Positions 1-14,739 of a stretch of DNA of 64,000 nucleotides are shown piece by piece. The translations under genes were made by a program, and so were the position numbers. Source of the stretch: the human T2T-CHM13v2.0 reference genome, Homo sapiens; the NCBI RefSeq assembly GCF_009914755.1, contig NC_060940.1; one strand, written 5' to 3'. The notes beneath the pieces are model-generated. The model saw only the letters and a list, made by a program, of their open reading frames with translations, did not search any database and was not told where the DNA came from. How positions within the stretch are numbered: the stretch's first letter is position 1; the number at the start of each line of letters is the position of its first letter.

Positions 1-186
1 CCATGGTGTATATATACCGCATTTTTTTTATCCATTCATTGGTTGATGTGCATTTAGGTTGGTTCCATATTTTTGCAATTGCAAATCGTGCTGCTATAAA
101 CATGCGTGTGCAAGTGTCTTTTTTCATATGACTTATTTTCTTTTGGGTAGATACCCAGTAGTGGGATTGCTGGATTAAATGGTAGT
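1..186 (-). mobile_element. L1 (L1PB-like) 3' ORF2 fragment, cut by window edge
   Basis: Minus-strand translation includes LPFNPAIPLLGIYPKE, typical of the L1 ORF2 C-terminus. Confidence 0.9.
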
Positions 187-269
187 CCTTCCTCTTTGCA
201 GAATTTTCCAGATTTGACCATTCTTTCCTTCCTGAAGAACTCCCCATCATCTTGACTTCTGTATAGCAG

Positions 270-500
270 TAAATTAGAGTGGTTGAGGCCATTTGATATG
301 GAGTCAGAAAGTCTGAGAGCAACGCCTTGCACCCCTCCTACTGAGTGTGCAATCCTGAGCAAATTACTCCAGCAGTGTAAGCCTCAGTTTCTCCAACTGT
401 AAGGAGAAGACAGGAGTTACACCCACTTCAAATAATATAAAAATAATCTTTGCAAGTCTCATTGCATAGTGACCAGCACAAAGAGCATTCCGTGAAAGCG
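270..500 (+). mobile_element. MIR SINE
   Basis: ggagtcaga ... gagcaaattact ... gcctcagtttctccaactgtaa core. Confidence 0.75.
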
Positions 501-603
501 CCATTATCAGCACATTCTCCTGGTGTTTGACTGACAGGCTTATGTTTCTCAGCCTGTTTTCCTGGCTTCCACTCTTCTGCTCTTTACTTAAAAACTGTTT
601 CTT

Positions 604-897
604 GGCTAGGTGTGGTGACTTTTGCCTGTAATCTTAGCACTTTGAGAGGCGGAGGTGGGAGGATTGCTTGAGAACAGGAGTTCGAGACCAGCCTAGGCAA
701 CATAGAGAGGCCTCATCTCTACTAAAAATCACAAAAATTAGCCAGGTGTGGTGGCATGCACCTGTGGTGCCAGCTACTCAGGAGGCTAAGGTGGGAGGAT
801 TGCTTGAGCCTGGGAGGTCAAGGCTGCAGTAAGCCATAATTGTGCCACTGCACTCCAGCCTGGGTGACAGAGCAAGACCTTGTCTCAGAAACACAAA
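604..897 (+). mobile_element. Alu (AluJ-type)
   Basis: Dimeric Alu with J-type ggaggattgcttgagc motifs; degenerate TSD aaactgtttct / agactgtgtttct. Confidence 0.95.
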
Positions 898-1059
898 AGA
901 CTGTGTTTCTCCAGGGCTCTTTCACATACCCTCTTTCGTTTTCGAGCTATGCATTCTGACTAGGAAGACTCCATAGCCTCAGGTATTATTTTTGAGCTGG
1001 AGAGTTTCCTCCTTTTGTACCTCCAGTCTCAATTTTTCTTTTGAGTGCCACACTCAAAT

Positions 1060-1466
1060 GATGCCGTATCTCCTCTGGGATATCTCCCAGGGAACTCAGA
1101 CTCACTCTGCCTCACGTTGAGTGCACAGCCTTCTCCTGAAACCCAAACTTCATTTGGCATCCACTATCTCATGATCCATTAGGTGCTCAAGCCAGAGTCT
1201 TCCTCACCTTCCCAGCCAGTTATTCATTGTGTCCTGCTGTTTTAAACTATCCACTTCGTCTGTTTCCACTGCATCCCCATCCTTCTGGTTGAGATGTCTC
1301 CAATAGCCTCCTAATTGGTCTCCCTGCTGCCATGTTTGCTCACCCCCACTTCATCACCCAGCGGGAGTGATGCTTTCACAGTGTTGGTCAGACCATGCAA
1401 CTCCCCTGCCTAAATCACTGCAATAAATTCCCCTTATTCCGAGAATAAAATCTCAATTCCTTCCTT
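1060..1466 (+). mobile_element. L2 LINE fragment; resumes at about 2480-2595 after an LTR insertion
   Basis: aatagcctcctaattggtctccctgct (NSLLIGLPA, L2 RT motif) and cagaccatgcaactcccctgcctaaa. Confidence 0.8.
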
Positions 1467-2479
1467 TGGCGCAGTGGATGTTGTGGTGTGCTGCCCTGAC
1501 CTTCCTACAAGACTAAGACATTTATTTCCCCAGTGCCTGGGAGTGTAGGTGAAGCCGTCCCTGTGAACTTTATAGAATTAATCAGGGAAGAAAGAAAGGG
1601 AGAAACATAGTAGATGAAGTTTGCAGCACACTCAGCTTTAATCATGAGGTTAGTTTGCCCTCTGACCTGCTTCCTCATAGTTTGGTGCTTATTGTCCTGG
1701 AATCATGTAGACCCTGTTACAAGATTATAGCTCTCCTTAACTACTCTGCAGGTAACAACTTGAACATTATAAAATGTTATGTTTTCCCTTTGAGATATTC
1801 TTTCAGGTCCTACATACCAGTGAAACTACTGTTTTCAGCTGGTCTGGAGGAACCCATGAGAAGCTGATTCACCAAGGAATGCAGTTGCCATGTCCTGATG
1901 ATTTCCTTCTATTTGCCCCAACCAATCAATGACCCCAAATTTCCAGCCCCTCAGCCTCCATAATCCCCTTAAAACCTCCAGCCCAGAATTCCTTGGGGAG
2001 ATGGATTTGAGAGTCTCCTTCCATCTCCTTTCTTGGCACCCTGTGATCATTGAACTCTTTCTCTGCTGCAAACCCTGGTGTCTCAGTGCGTTGGTCTGTT
2101 ACTATGCAGCAGGCATATATACCTTTTGGTCCATTGACTGCTGATAACTCATAGCTGACTGCCTCCCTAGAAAGAGTGTTGCCCCATCCAAGGTCATGTC
2201 TCTTCATTCTGTGCAACAACTGGTCAGAGTTGAGGCACACAAGACTGCCTCCCTTGCTTCCATTTGGAACATCTTTGAGGGTCCACCCCAGTTCCAGTGC
2301 CCCCACATAAGACCACCTGCAGCTTCTATTGTCACTGCAGTTTTCCCTACTTCCTCCCTTTGTCCAGCTTGCTTCCTTCCCATCCTTATATCTGTTGTTC
2401 TCAAAACCACTCCCCAACAAAATCCCTGCATGTGAATCTCTGCTCAGAATCTTTTCCCCTGGGAGCCTGACTCACAACA
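1467..2479 (+). mobile_element. ERVL solo LTR (LTR16-like), split by an ERV1 LTR
   Basis: 3' end caacaaaatccctgcatgtgaatctctgctcagaatc...cctgactcacaaca resembles LTR16. Confidence 0.7.
1550..2133 (+). mobile_element. ERV1 solo LTR (LTR26/LTR8-family-like)
   Basis: Starts tgaagccgtccctgtgaactttatagaattaatcaggg; homologous to the inverted copy at 39967-40532. Confidence 0.85.
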
Positions 2480-3124
2480 TAAGTCTTACAAGGTTCTCCA
2501 TGACCTGGCTCCAGCTCAATGCCCAGTACAAAGTGGATGTTCAGTGAGTACCTTGGATTGATTGGCTCATTGGCTGGTTGCTTGGTTGGTTGGGGTAAAA
2601 TGCATAGAACATGAGAATTCAGGTGAAGAATATCTCTTTCACGTGGTCAGCACTGGGCATTTGTTCAGGGGGCTTCAGGGGCATGATCAGTGGACATCCA
2701 GGGTAGCAAATGGGCAATGCAGACCCCAGGCAGCTGCTGGTATCAGTAATGAAGGGTATCTGTAATCCAGGTAGCACAGGGGTGAGTAGAAAGGCCCTGC
2801 CAGTGACCTACTTTTATCGTTAATGCTTTTCTATTAGCAGAGCATTTACCTCTGAATCGATTTTCGTGTATTCTCTCTCTGCCAAACCAGGAACAAAAAG
2901 AAAAGGCAAAATTTCCGAATGTCTTTCCTCTTGCAACTGATGTAGCTGTGGCTGAATTTCACCTTTTTAAATGATTTCCTGTGGAAACAGCAAGGGAAGA
3001 TTTCTGGCGGGATTTATTATGCAATTTGGTTCTAACCTGATCCCGTCAAGCAAAGAGAAATGGTAAAAAGCAAACAGAACCCCAAGCTTTGCTCACAAGC
3101 TTGGGGCCTGCTATGCTCTACCTT

Positions 3125-3685
3125 GTCTCTAGGCCTTTGAGTATGCTATAAAGTTCACCTATATTACCCACCCCTGCCTTATTGATGTGCATAGCTCCTG
3201 CTTGTACTTTGAGATTCATCTCAGACATGACCTTGTATAGGATGTCTTCCCCGACTCTCCTCTTCCTTCCCTACTGACTATACCAAATTGTCCTGTAACT
3301 TCTTTCTCTTTTCACATTGGCAACTAGGAAGCTCAGTGCTCAATTTACAGGCTACGAGTAACCTGTTAAACATGTATGTTGTGAACACTAATTTTTTGAT
3401 TTCCTCTTATTTTGCTTACACTTATTTTTCTTTTCCTTAATTTCCTTATTAGCATAAATTTGCAATCCTGTACTGACTTCATTGTTTTTCATACAAGAAA
3501 GAAAAAACATTAGAAAGTGAAGCTTTAAAAAATGACCACGATGTATTATAATTGACCACCTACTTATCTATTTTCCCCATTGCTTTGTGAGTTTATAAGG
3601 AGAAGACAGTAATATCTTTTCATCCATCTAACTCAAATGCCTGGCACTTAGTAGGTTCTCAGAAATATTTACTGAGTGAATGGAG
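3125..3685 (+). mobile_element. L2 3' fragments
   Basis: tgcctggcacttagtaggttctcagaaatatttactgagtgaatg L2 terminus. Confidence 0.7.
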
Positions 3686-4027
3686 CAGACCTAAGGGGAG
3701 ATGAGGTGAGAATGGTGATTTTGGGACTTTTTACTTTGAACCGATTACAGTATATAAGACAAAGAAGATAGAAGAACTCAAATATTTTCTACATTTCTAT
3801 GCTTAAAAGATCATGGATGATTTCTTAACCAGAGACACTGAGAAAGAAAGAAGGAGCAAGACAACTAGAGGGAAATTGTCTCATTTGGGCATCGGCCCTT
3901 CAGAATTAACAGTGAATAGGCCATTTATTGAATTGGTGGGGCCTTGTCTAAATTTCTAAAATACATAAAATACTGAACATGATCCAGTAACTTTTTTTTT
4001 TTTTTTTTTTTTAGGATTAGAATACAC

Positions 4028-4293
<266 letters not shown>

Positions 4294-4429
4294 TCAGGGT
4301 GAATTTTTATCTTTCTCATAAAATAATAATTATTTCTGTTTATTTAGCAGAACTGTATAATGCTGTGATATTTAGATTCCTGACATTATCACAGTTAATA
4401 TGAAAAATATCCCTGGGAGGAGGGTTTCA

Positions 4430-4552
4430 TAATCCTCATTTTACAGGGGAAACATTTGAAACTCAGAGAAGTGAGGTATTTTGCTTCAAGCAATTCATCT
4501 GAGGGTGAACCAGAATTTGAATCCTTGTCAGCTGATCCCAAAACCCACTCTC
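4430..4552 (-). mobile_element. MIR SINE
   Basis: ctcattttacag...gaaactcagagaagtgaggta core. Confidence 0.7.
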
Positions 4553-4687
4553 TGTATTTTTTTTTTCCTGAAGTTTTTTTACAGAATGCTCTTATACTTC
4601 TGGTTGTTTTCTCTTAATTTTATTACAGGGAGGGTTCCAGAATCAGGGATATCCCCAAGGAGTAGCAGGGAAGGGATGGATTTAGAG

Positions 4688-4923
4688 TAGGGGTCCTCAG
4701 TGGGACAAGTTTGTCTCCACAGGACATTTGTCAATATCTGGAGATAGTTTTGATGGCCAGAACTGGTGTGTAGCGGGGGCAGGGGCAGTGTATGCACTAC
4801 TGGTATTTAGTGAGTGGAAGTAAAAAAATGCTCCTGAACATCTTACAACACACAGGACAGCCCCCACAATAACAAGTTCTCTGGCCCCATGTCAACAATG
4901 CTGAGGTTGAGTGCTGAACTCTG
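4688..4923 (+). mobile_element. MER20 hAT-Charlie MITE
   Basis: ggacatttgtcaatatctggagat...caggacagcccccacaa; 8-bp TSD atttagag/acttagag. Confidence 0.9.
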
Positions 4924-5479
4924 ACTTAGAGATATTTCTTACCTTTCCTGACCCAGGAGCAGCCTCTCCTCTGCTGTCCTGACCTGTGTTTGCAGAGAAA
5001 ATTGGACAAAGCCTAGGGGAACTGCCTCTGCTTTCTAGCTGTCTAGCTCACGTACTTTCTATTTCTGCTTCCTGAGAGAAGTCAGTGAAGATGGTGACAA
5101 AGATGAGTGAAAACATAGAGAAGTTTGTCTGAGGAAATGCAGGATTCACTGGGAGTTTTTTCAAACTATCCCATTACTAACCCATTTCTTCCTGTTATCT
5201 CAAAATGGAGGGAAAGATATAAACCACATTTATTGCTATGGACTCGGTTGCATTTGAGTTGGGAAGAGATCATTTTTCATGTGTAGCTCTTGGGGAAAAG
5301 CCTGGCTTGGAATTCCTGCCAACTTGGAGATATATGGACAAAATTACTAAGAAATAAAATGGGACAGTCCATAATTAATCATTGTGTAAGGGCTGGAAAG
5401 GTTAACTTTGCCTGATATTCTTCAATTCTGTCCCCACATTTTGATGCACCAATGACTTCCTAAACAAGTGTTAATTCAA

Positions 5480-5678
5480 TTTTATGTGCCAGGCATTACG
5501 CTTAGGGCTTTGTGAGTGTAATTCCAATTAATCTGAATGGCAAATGAAGTAGGTACCATCATTAACTTCATTTTGCAGGTGAGGAGACTGAACCCTTCCC
5601 AAGGTCACCCAGACACTAAGGTGCAGAGCCAAGACTTGATCCCAGTTCTGACTAACTCCAGTGACTAAGCTCTTAACT
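5480..5678 (-). mobile_element. MIR SINE
   Basis: cattttgcaggtgaggagactga...cccaaggtcac. Confidence 0.8.
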
Positions 5679-5679
5679 G

Positions 5680-6250
<571 letters not shown>

Positions 6251-7012
6251 AATCTGCTTGGGCGGTGTGGGTACCCGAGATTTTGGTCTTTGGTTCAAAC
6301 CACTCTGGCATGTGAGTGGGTTGAGAGAGGAGAGAACAATACTTGCATGTGTTATGAGCATGATTTCCTTTCAATCCTCTCCTCTTGGGCAGTATGACCC
6401 AATCAGTGTCCTTGAACTTGACCAACTCCTCCTTGAGCCAGAAGGATGGGACGCTTCATTGCCCATCACTGTGACTTGAAATGCATAGCAGTCGCAGGAA
6501 CCAGAACCTCCTTAGAAGCCAGCATAAACGCTCAGGCATTCTCTTCAGAGCTATTATTCGTTTTTTTAAAAGCCCATAGATTCAGAATTCCTACAGGTAT
6601 TGTTAAACTAGATGTCAGTTCCAGGTCAACCCCTCTGACTATTACAGTCATAATTCTGATACCGAGAGGGAGCAAAATCAGGTAAAGAGTCACCCCCCGC
6701 CCCTTGCAGAATCTGATTTAACAAGGCTTATTTATGTCTCAGCATACCACAGGTTACAATATAATCATCTTTCACCTACATAAATAATGCATAAATTTGT
6801 GTTTAGTCATTGTGTCTGCTTTTCAGTCCTTGGGGAAGCAGAAGGACAAAAGATTCAGCCTTGCACAGAGATTTAGAGGATACCACCTCTACCCTTCTTG
6901 CATTAAACGTAGGATCTGGCTGACTCTTACAGAGAAGTCCCAAGAGAATGTTTTTACATAGTGTCACAGGTTCAATCTGCTTGCAAGTAAAAGGTCACAA
7001 ACTCTCTGCTGA

Positions 7013-7041
7013 ATGATGATGATGATGATGATGATGATGAT
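7013..7041. repeat. (ATG)n microsatellite at a MIR tail
   Basis: About 9-10 perfect units. Confidence 0.95.
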
Positions 7042-7042
7042 A

Positions 7043-7262
7043 AGTTAGCACTTTTATTTAGAGCACACATTACGTACCAGGTTGGTGCTTTATCATCTCT
7101 AATCTTCGTAACAGCTCCTTCAGTTGGTCTTATTATTTACATTTTGCAGGTGAGGAAACTGAGACTCCCAGAGGATACACGTTCCAGGTCACAAGCTAGA
7201 AAAAGTCATAGCTGGTATTAAAATGTAGTTTTATTGGCTTCCAAAGCCTTTTACCCTGCCAC
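7043..7262 (-). mobile_element. MIR SINE
   Basis: cattttgcaggtgaggaaactgagact core. Confidence 0.85.
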
Positions 7263-8199
7263 ATATGTAAATTCTTTAGCAATTTAAATGAAGCCATTTG
7301 GGTTACCCAAGAGTACAATTTGGAAGAGATTCACTACCCCATTTCCTAATTATCCAGTGAAAATCTATGTGTCTAGGAGACTTCAAGCATTCATCATTGT
7401 AAAGGCTGGAGCAACTTCAAGAAGCACAGGTTTAAGACTTAATTTAGAATGAACATGGTGTATTAAGGAGCTAGGGAGTGATATTAGGCCACTTCCATCT
7501 TCCCAAAATCATCCCTGACAACTCACAAGCCCCTCTCCTCAATGTTCCTTTAATTAGGCAAAGCACAGGGAACATATTCTGCAAATTGCTAAGTGGTTAG
7601 TGGCTGCTTTGTACTAAGAAATGTTAACTTTTCATTCAGAGGAGCTCAATTAGCAAGAGTCAACCAGTGGTTAATAATAATAATAATACAATAGAATGAT
7701 CACTGAATGAAAGGTTTTTATTTTTATTCACAGGAATCATTTGTTAAATATGAAGAGACATTCCCTTATGTTTAATTGAAGAGGGAAGGGATGCCCTGAG
7801 TATCTCTCTGAGGCTTTAATGACGAGATGATAGGGAAGAGGCATGGAGGAAGGTATCTTCTGAAATCTTTTCTTTGAGGCTTAGGATGGAAACAGATGCT
7901 AAGTGTATCCTCCTTTCTCTCTTTTTTTATTCTCCTTGTGTATTTCTCCATCAGCACACATCGTACACTCTCCCCAGGGATTGGGGTCTGATCACACATC
8001 AGGGCTCTTGGCTCCTAAACATTCAAAGAACATCAGAGACCTGAGTAGCAAGATCTATAGAGAGGGGACAAAAGATCACAGGGCTTCTGGCAGTCCCAAG
8101 TGAGTCAGAAGCAGAGTTCAGAGTGGGCACAGAGGTGCAGACCTCATGCATGCGATGTGCCTTCTGACCTCAGACCTCGTGGAGGAAAAGAACTCTTGT

Positions 8200-8815
8200 T
8201 TCCTGACCACTTACTCTATTCTGTGCACTGTTCTGGGACACTTACACTTTAGACACTTACTTGATTTGACTTACCACGCGACCCCATGGGGCAAGGTATT
8301 TTTCTCTACAATTTACAGATAAGAAAACTAAGATTTATTTGTCCCCAGTGCCATACTAATAAGTGAAGCTCAATTAAAATTTAGGTCTTTTTTTCTGTGA
8401 GTCGGTTCTCCTGATCTCTTCAAAGCATACCTTTGACTAGGGCGTATCCCCTGTTCTAAGAAAAAATTCTGATTTTCTACAGGGGCATGAAGAAGGAGGA
8501 AAAGGATGCAGGAAAGAATTTAAGAGGCAAAGTGGATGTGATAAAGGAACGAGAAGATCATGAGAAAAGATGAAAAAGAGAACAGTGACTGACCCATGTC
8601 ATGAAGCATCAGTTTCTAAACTTTGCTGTATGCAGGCTCAATGGTAAGCATTGTTCAGTGCATTTCCTCATTTTGTCCTTGGGACACATGAGAAAATGGA
8701 AGCTCAAGAAACTTAAATGGCTTGCCCAGATCACATAGCTAACTAAGTGGCAGAGGTGGGAATTGGACCCAGATATTCCATCTCCAAAGCCCAGAACCTT
8801 CTCATTGCATCATGT
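8200..8815 (-). mobile_element. Two MIR SINEs (about 8200-8400 and 8640-8815)
   Basis: ttttacagataagaaaactaag and aagctcaagaaacttaaatggcttgcccagatcacatagct cores. Confidence 0.75.
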
Positions 8816-8939
8816 ATTCTTCTCTGAGAGAAAGAAATCTGGTTTTTCCATTTGAGGTCTTTCCAACAGAGTTCCAGGAATAGTCAGTTCAAGACTCAGG
8901 AACAATCCACATCTTTATTCATTCATGAAACACTTAATG

Positions 8940-10305
8940 TGACAGCCTCAGATGTTGGCAAGGACATGCAGAACTCTTCTGCATTATTGGTAAGGATGTA
9001 AAATGGTGCAACCACATTGGAAACATTTCAGGCCATTTCTTATAAAACGAAACACACACCTGCCATATGATCCGATCATTCCATTCCTAGATATTTCTCC
9101 AAAAGAAATAAAAACATGCTTAGGAAAAGACTTGTACAGGAATATTCACAGCAGTTTTATTTATAATTTTCATAAATCAGAACCTATTCCCAGCACAGTG
9201 TCTATCCATACAATAATGTATAAGTAAACTGTGGTACATCCGTACAATGGAATGCTACTTAGCAATGAAAAGAATAAACTGTTGCTTCATGGAAAAGCAT
9301 GAATGTATTTCAAAAACATTCAGCAAAATAAGCCTTGCGTAAAAGAGTGTATAGCACATAATTCTATTTTTATGAAGTTCAAGAATGGACAAAACAAACC
9401 TAGAGTATAAAAATTCAGAGTAGTGTCTTGGTTGGAAATTGCTTGAGCAAGAACATGAGAGAACATTCTGGAGGGTACTAATGTTTTGTATATTGACAGA
9501 TGTTTGAGTCACACAGGTGAATGCATTTGTCAAAACCCAGTGTATTAGTTTGCTATGGCTGCCATAACAAAATGCTACAGACTGGGTGGCTTAAACAAGA
9601 TGGATTTATTTTCATAAAATTCTGGGGGCTAAAAGTCAACAATCAATCAAGATATGGACAGGGTTGGTTCCTTCTTAGGGCTGTGAGGGCAGGTTCTGTT
9701 CCAGTCCTCTCTCCTTGGCTTATAGGGGAGGTCTTTTCCCTGTGTTTCCTCGCTTTGTGTGTGTCTGTCCTAACCACCTCTTCTTTTAAGGGCACCAATC
9801 ATACTGGATTAACGTCCTCCCTAATAAACTCATTTAACCTTAATGACCTTTTTAATTTTTTAAAGACCCTATATCCAAATATAGTCACATTCTGCAGTAC
9901 TGGGGTTAAGACTTCAACATAGAAATTTTAGCGGGGATGCAACTCAATTCATAATGTCCAGTAAATTTGCTCTTAAGATTTATATATTAAGCTGTAAGTA
10001 AATTTGCATCAAAAGAAAAAACTGCAAAACAATATTGAACAGAAGTTAATGTTATGCGTGCTGAAATACCTAGGGGGAAGTGTATTGATGTTGGCAGTTT
10101 ACTTTAAAATGCTTTGGAAAATGAAGTGGATTAATAGATGGGTATATATATATATAATTTTATTATATATATTATATATATTACATAGCAAATATCATAA
10201 CATTTAAATGGTAGAATGTAGGTGGTGAGTGTATGAGCTTTCCCTGAAAAATTCTTTCAACTTTGCTATGTTTCAAATCTTTTATAATAAAATGTTGGAA
10301 AAAAT
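8940..10305 (+). mobile_element. Old L1 (L1ME-like) 3' region, inserted into an L2 tail and split by MLT1
   Basis: ORF2 C-terminal remnant HLPYDPIIPFLDISPKEIK; terminus aaattctttcaactttgctatgtttcaaatcttttataataaaatgttgg. Confidence 0.85.
9541..9956 (-). mobile_element. MaLR LTR (MLT1A/B-like)
   Basis: tgtattagtttgctatggctgccataacaaa ... aagacttcaacat; TSD cccag/tccag. Confidence 0.9.
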
Positions 10306-10410
10306 ATTAGTAGAGCATCTATGGTCCGCCAGGCATGGAGCCAGGTGATAGGGCTTGAATGGTGAAGAAGACAGACAAGGCCCCCACCTTCATGAAGCTT
10401 GCATTTTGTG
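10306..10410 (-). mobile_element. L2 3' end (left part at about 8915-8938)
   Basis: gccaggcatggagccaggtgataggg...aagacagacaaggccccc. Confidence 0.7.
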
Positions 10411-11302
10411 ATACTTTATTAGCATCTGTGGTTTCCCGTGATGCATCCAGTGGGCACATTCATTTATGAATTAATCAGACCTAACCTGACCTCTGTACCT
10501 ACAACGCAATTCACATTTAGCTGCTCAATGAACATGGGCCCATTAGCTTTCTGCCTCCACTCGGATGATAAATTTGACAGTAGCCCCTAGTTGTGCAGAG
10601 ATAAATCACTCCAGGTCTAAGTGGTAAACCACAGAAATAACAGCAATTTATATATACCCCAGGAGTCCCTGGTGAGAACTCCTACACTATTTATGATGTG
10701 TAGTGACGAAAGTTAAAAGCTAGAACGGGAATGGCAGCTTTATTTTATTACCATCTGCACACCACAAAAGAAACCCGAATGGAAATGCTTATTGGAAAGC
10801 CACTTAGGAAATCCTCACGACACAAAATTTATCATGAAGAAAAACAAACAAAAAAACGCAAATCACACAGAGCTGCAGTAATATTTTTAATACTGGCTGA
10901 ATGCTTCCGAATTGGAACAAAGAGAGATTTTTCAGTCTTCTCAAATAACTTCTAGGCTTATGGTCAGAATCTCGATGAGCAAAATGTTACACGGACTCCA
11001 GTCACAATAATAGCAAATAAATAATTCCTTTGCAGTGTTTATATTTAGAGAGTTTGGGACACCTGGATGACACAGAAAATAATCTTTTCACATTACACAT
11101 GAGTTTTTCTATGATGTCATAGCCTATGGGTTTGAATTTTAGTTTTCAAGAGGCAAACATAGGCAACTTACTTTGACTCTTTAAATCTCAGTTTCTTTAT
11201 CTCTAAAATGGAGATAAAGTACTACTCATTCAGACAGTCCTAAAAATTTGAAACAAACATGGAAAATATTTAATACCTCCTTAGTATCTAGTCTGAATTT
11301 TA

Positions 11303-11650
<348 letters not shown>

Positions 11651-12749
11651 TAGTCTGGTTCATAGTTAGTGTTCAGAAAATGATACTGATCATGATGTTG
11701 ATGATGATGGCAACGTTATTGGATGATATTGGAGGATGGAGAAGGGCAGAAGGGCATGCAGGGGGCAATTGTTGTGAAAAGCATACCAGGAGGCAAATAT
11801 TCTGTCTCTCAAAGAACTAAATGGCACGAAATCAACTAAGATACTTTGGACATGGGAACTGTTCAAAGACTTGAGTTTTGGTGGATGAAAACCATCAGAA
11901 GGGAATAATCTAATAGCCAGGGTGAAATGGTTTCTCCTTAATCAATTGTCAGTCTGGCTTATCCGTTGAGTGTCCCTATCAATTAGCAATGCCTGCCATG
12001 AGTCAGACCACAGGCACAGCAACATACATGTTGTTACTCTATGGACTCTAGTGAAGGGATCCCAGGCTAAGTTTTAATATTTCATACCTATGATACTCCC
12101 AAAGTTTAATATTACTCAGATGAGGCTGTCTCATTAGTTTTGAGAATAAGAACCATCTGTTTCTGTTTTATCTCTCATTCCTCTAGCACGTTGACAATTA
12201 TTTGGTGTTCAGTGGATTTTTTATATATATATACATGCAATATCCACCCTACTGACAGAAGTGAATATTTGTTAAATCAAATTTAAAATGTCTTTCAGCT
12301 ACTGATTAATTAGTATTTAATATTGTACTCTGGACTGCAGCATGTTAAAAAGATCACTGGAAAACTTTAGTCCCCATGCAACTCTCTTTTAAAAAAGTGA
12401 ATGATGGAAAACAAATGACTTACACTTAAAAAATTACCTTGAGCTTATCACTTGCTCTATAGACATAGATTTTTGTAAAATCCTGGTTAAAGTTGTTCCA
12501 GGTGTGACTTAATGACTGGGTTTGTGATTCTCCTTCCAAAACTGTTTATTTGCTTCTCAAAAAACCAGTCTTTGTTCTAGGCTAAGCCTGGCCCAAGACA
12601 GAAATTCTCCACTAGGAACTTATATGCAATAATGCTACAATATCCCCCAACTTTTTCCCCACAATTATTGTGGCAATTTATGTTGCAAGAAAAAAGGGAA
12701 ATATTTAGGATGCGGTTTCGTCTAGGGGACTTACCTTTGCCCCTTACTG

Positions 12750-13656
<907 letters not shown>

Positions 13657-13999
13657 GAAGTAGAGTATATGAATCCTTACTAACTGATAAATCCTGGCAC
13701 ATCAAGGTGTCAATAAATATTTGTTGATTTGGTTCAGTTTTCAGTCTTATTTAAACAACCTGCTTTGTGGGTCTTTTCAGAAATGATCACAGAAACAGAA
13801 TCTCTCAACTTAAAAGCCAGAAGCGAGCATCAGGGTCAACTTGTCCTGCTCTCTGAGGTCACATAGACAGAGACTGTGATGTCAGAACCTACCTTCTGTG
13901 ACAAAAGTTTTTTTTTAAAAAACACATAGAGGCATCTGGTTTAAAGCAATTTCTTCTGCATTCTTACCTTTACTGTCTTCGTCTCTCAGGTGGGGGAAA

Positions 14000-14230
14000 A
14001 GGGATATAGAAGCATATAGTCTAAGCTGGGAGTTAAAAACACTAGGTTAAAATCCTAGCTTTGCTACTGAATAGCTGTGTGACCTTAGGCAATTTACTTA
14101 ACCTCTCTGAGTCTCTGTAAAATGGAGGGAAAAAATGCTTCTCTGGAAGAGTGGTTAAATACTTGAAAGAGGCAATGTAACTGTCTTATGCCTAGAGCAT
14201 AGTAGGTGCTTAACAAACAGTAGCTTATTT
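14000..14230 (+). mobile_element. MIR SINE
   Basis: tagctgtgtgaccttaggcaatttacttaacctctctgag. Confidence 0.85.
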
Positions 14231-14739
14231 CTGGCATTATAATTAGATGAGGGGAAGGTCCCTCCTAGCACAGACCCTGGAAGATTCTATGACTCAGGGA
14301 GTGGGCAGATTGCATCCATGGTCCCTGCCCTCATTTGTAGCTACCTGAAGGGCCTGTCTCAGCAATAAAAACAGCCAAGTGAGCACAGGCAGAGAAACAT
14401 CATTTCCTCCTCCTCTTGAGGGCAGGAGTCCAGGCGCAGCCCCAGCAGCAGGTAATGCCCTAAAGCCAGGTAAGGATGCTCCCTCCTCACTAACCTTCAT
14501 AACCACATCAGCAAGCTGGGAAGTTTTAATAAGCTCAGCTGGATCAAATCGCTCTGCTCCTGAGTCAGCTGTCCCAGGCCTGGGGGGGTGGTGTTGGTGG
14601 CCTGGTTAGAACTTTCCTCTGGCTTCAGGGAAGTGAGCCCTTTTAGCAGTGTCTTTTGCTCAGGACAAGGCCATATGGCTACAACCATGAGAGGCATGAC
14701 AGCTACGACTTACTGAGTTTTTACTTTGTGCATTTCCAC

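Noticed and set aside
1926-2420. Longest ORF in the window (164 aa)
   Set aside because: Runs antisense across the junction of two LTRs; no coding signature
14440-14480. Two donor-like sites (cag|gtaatg, cag|gtaagg)
   Set aside because: No convincing acceptor or frame upstream; such words are common by chance
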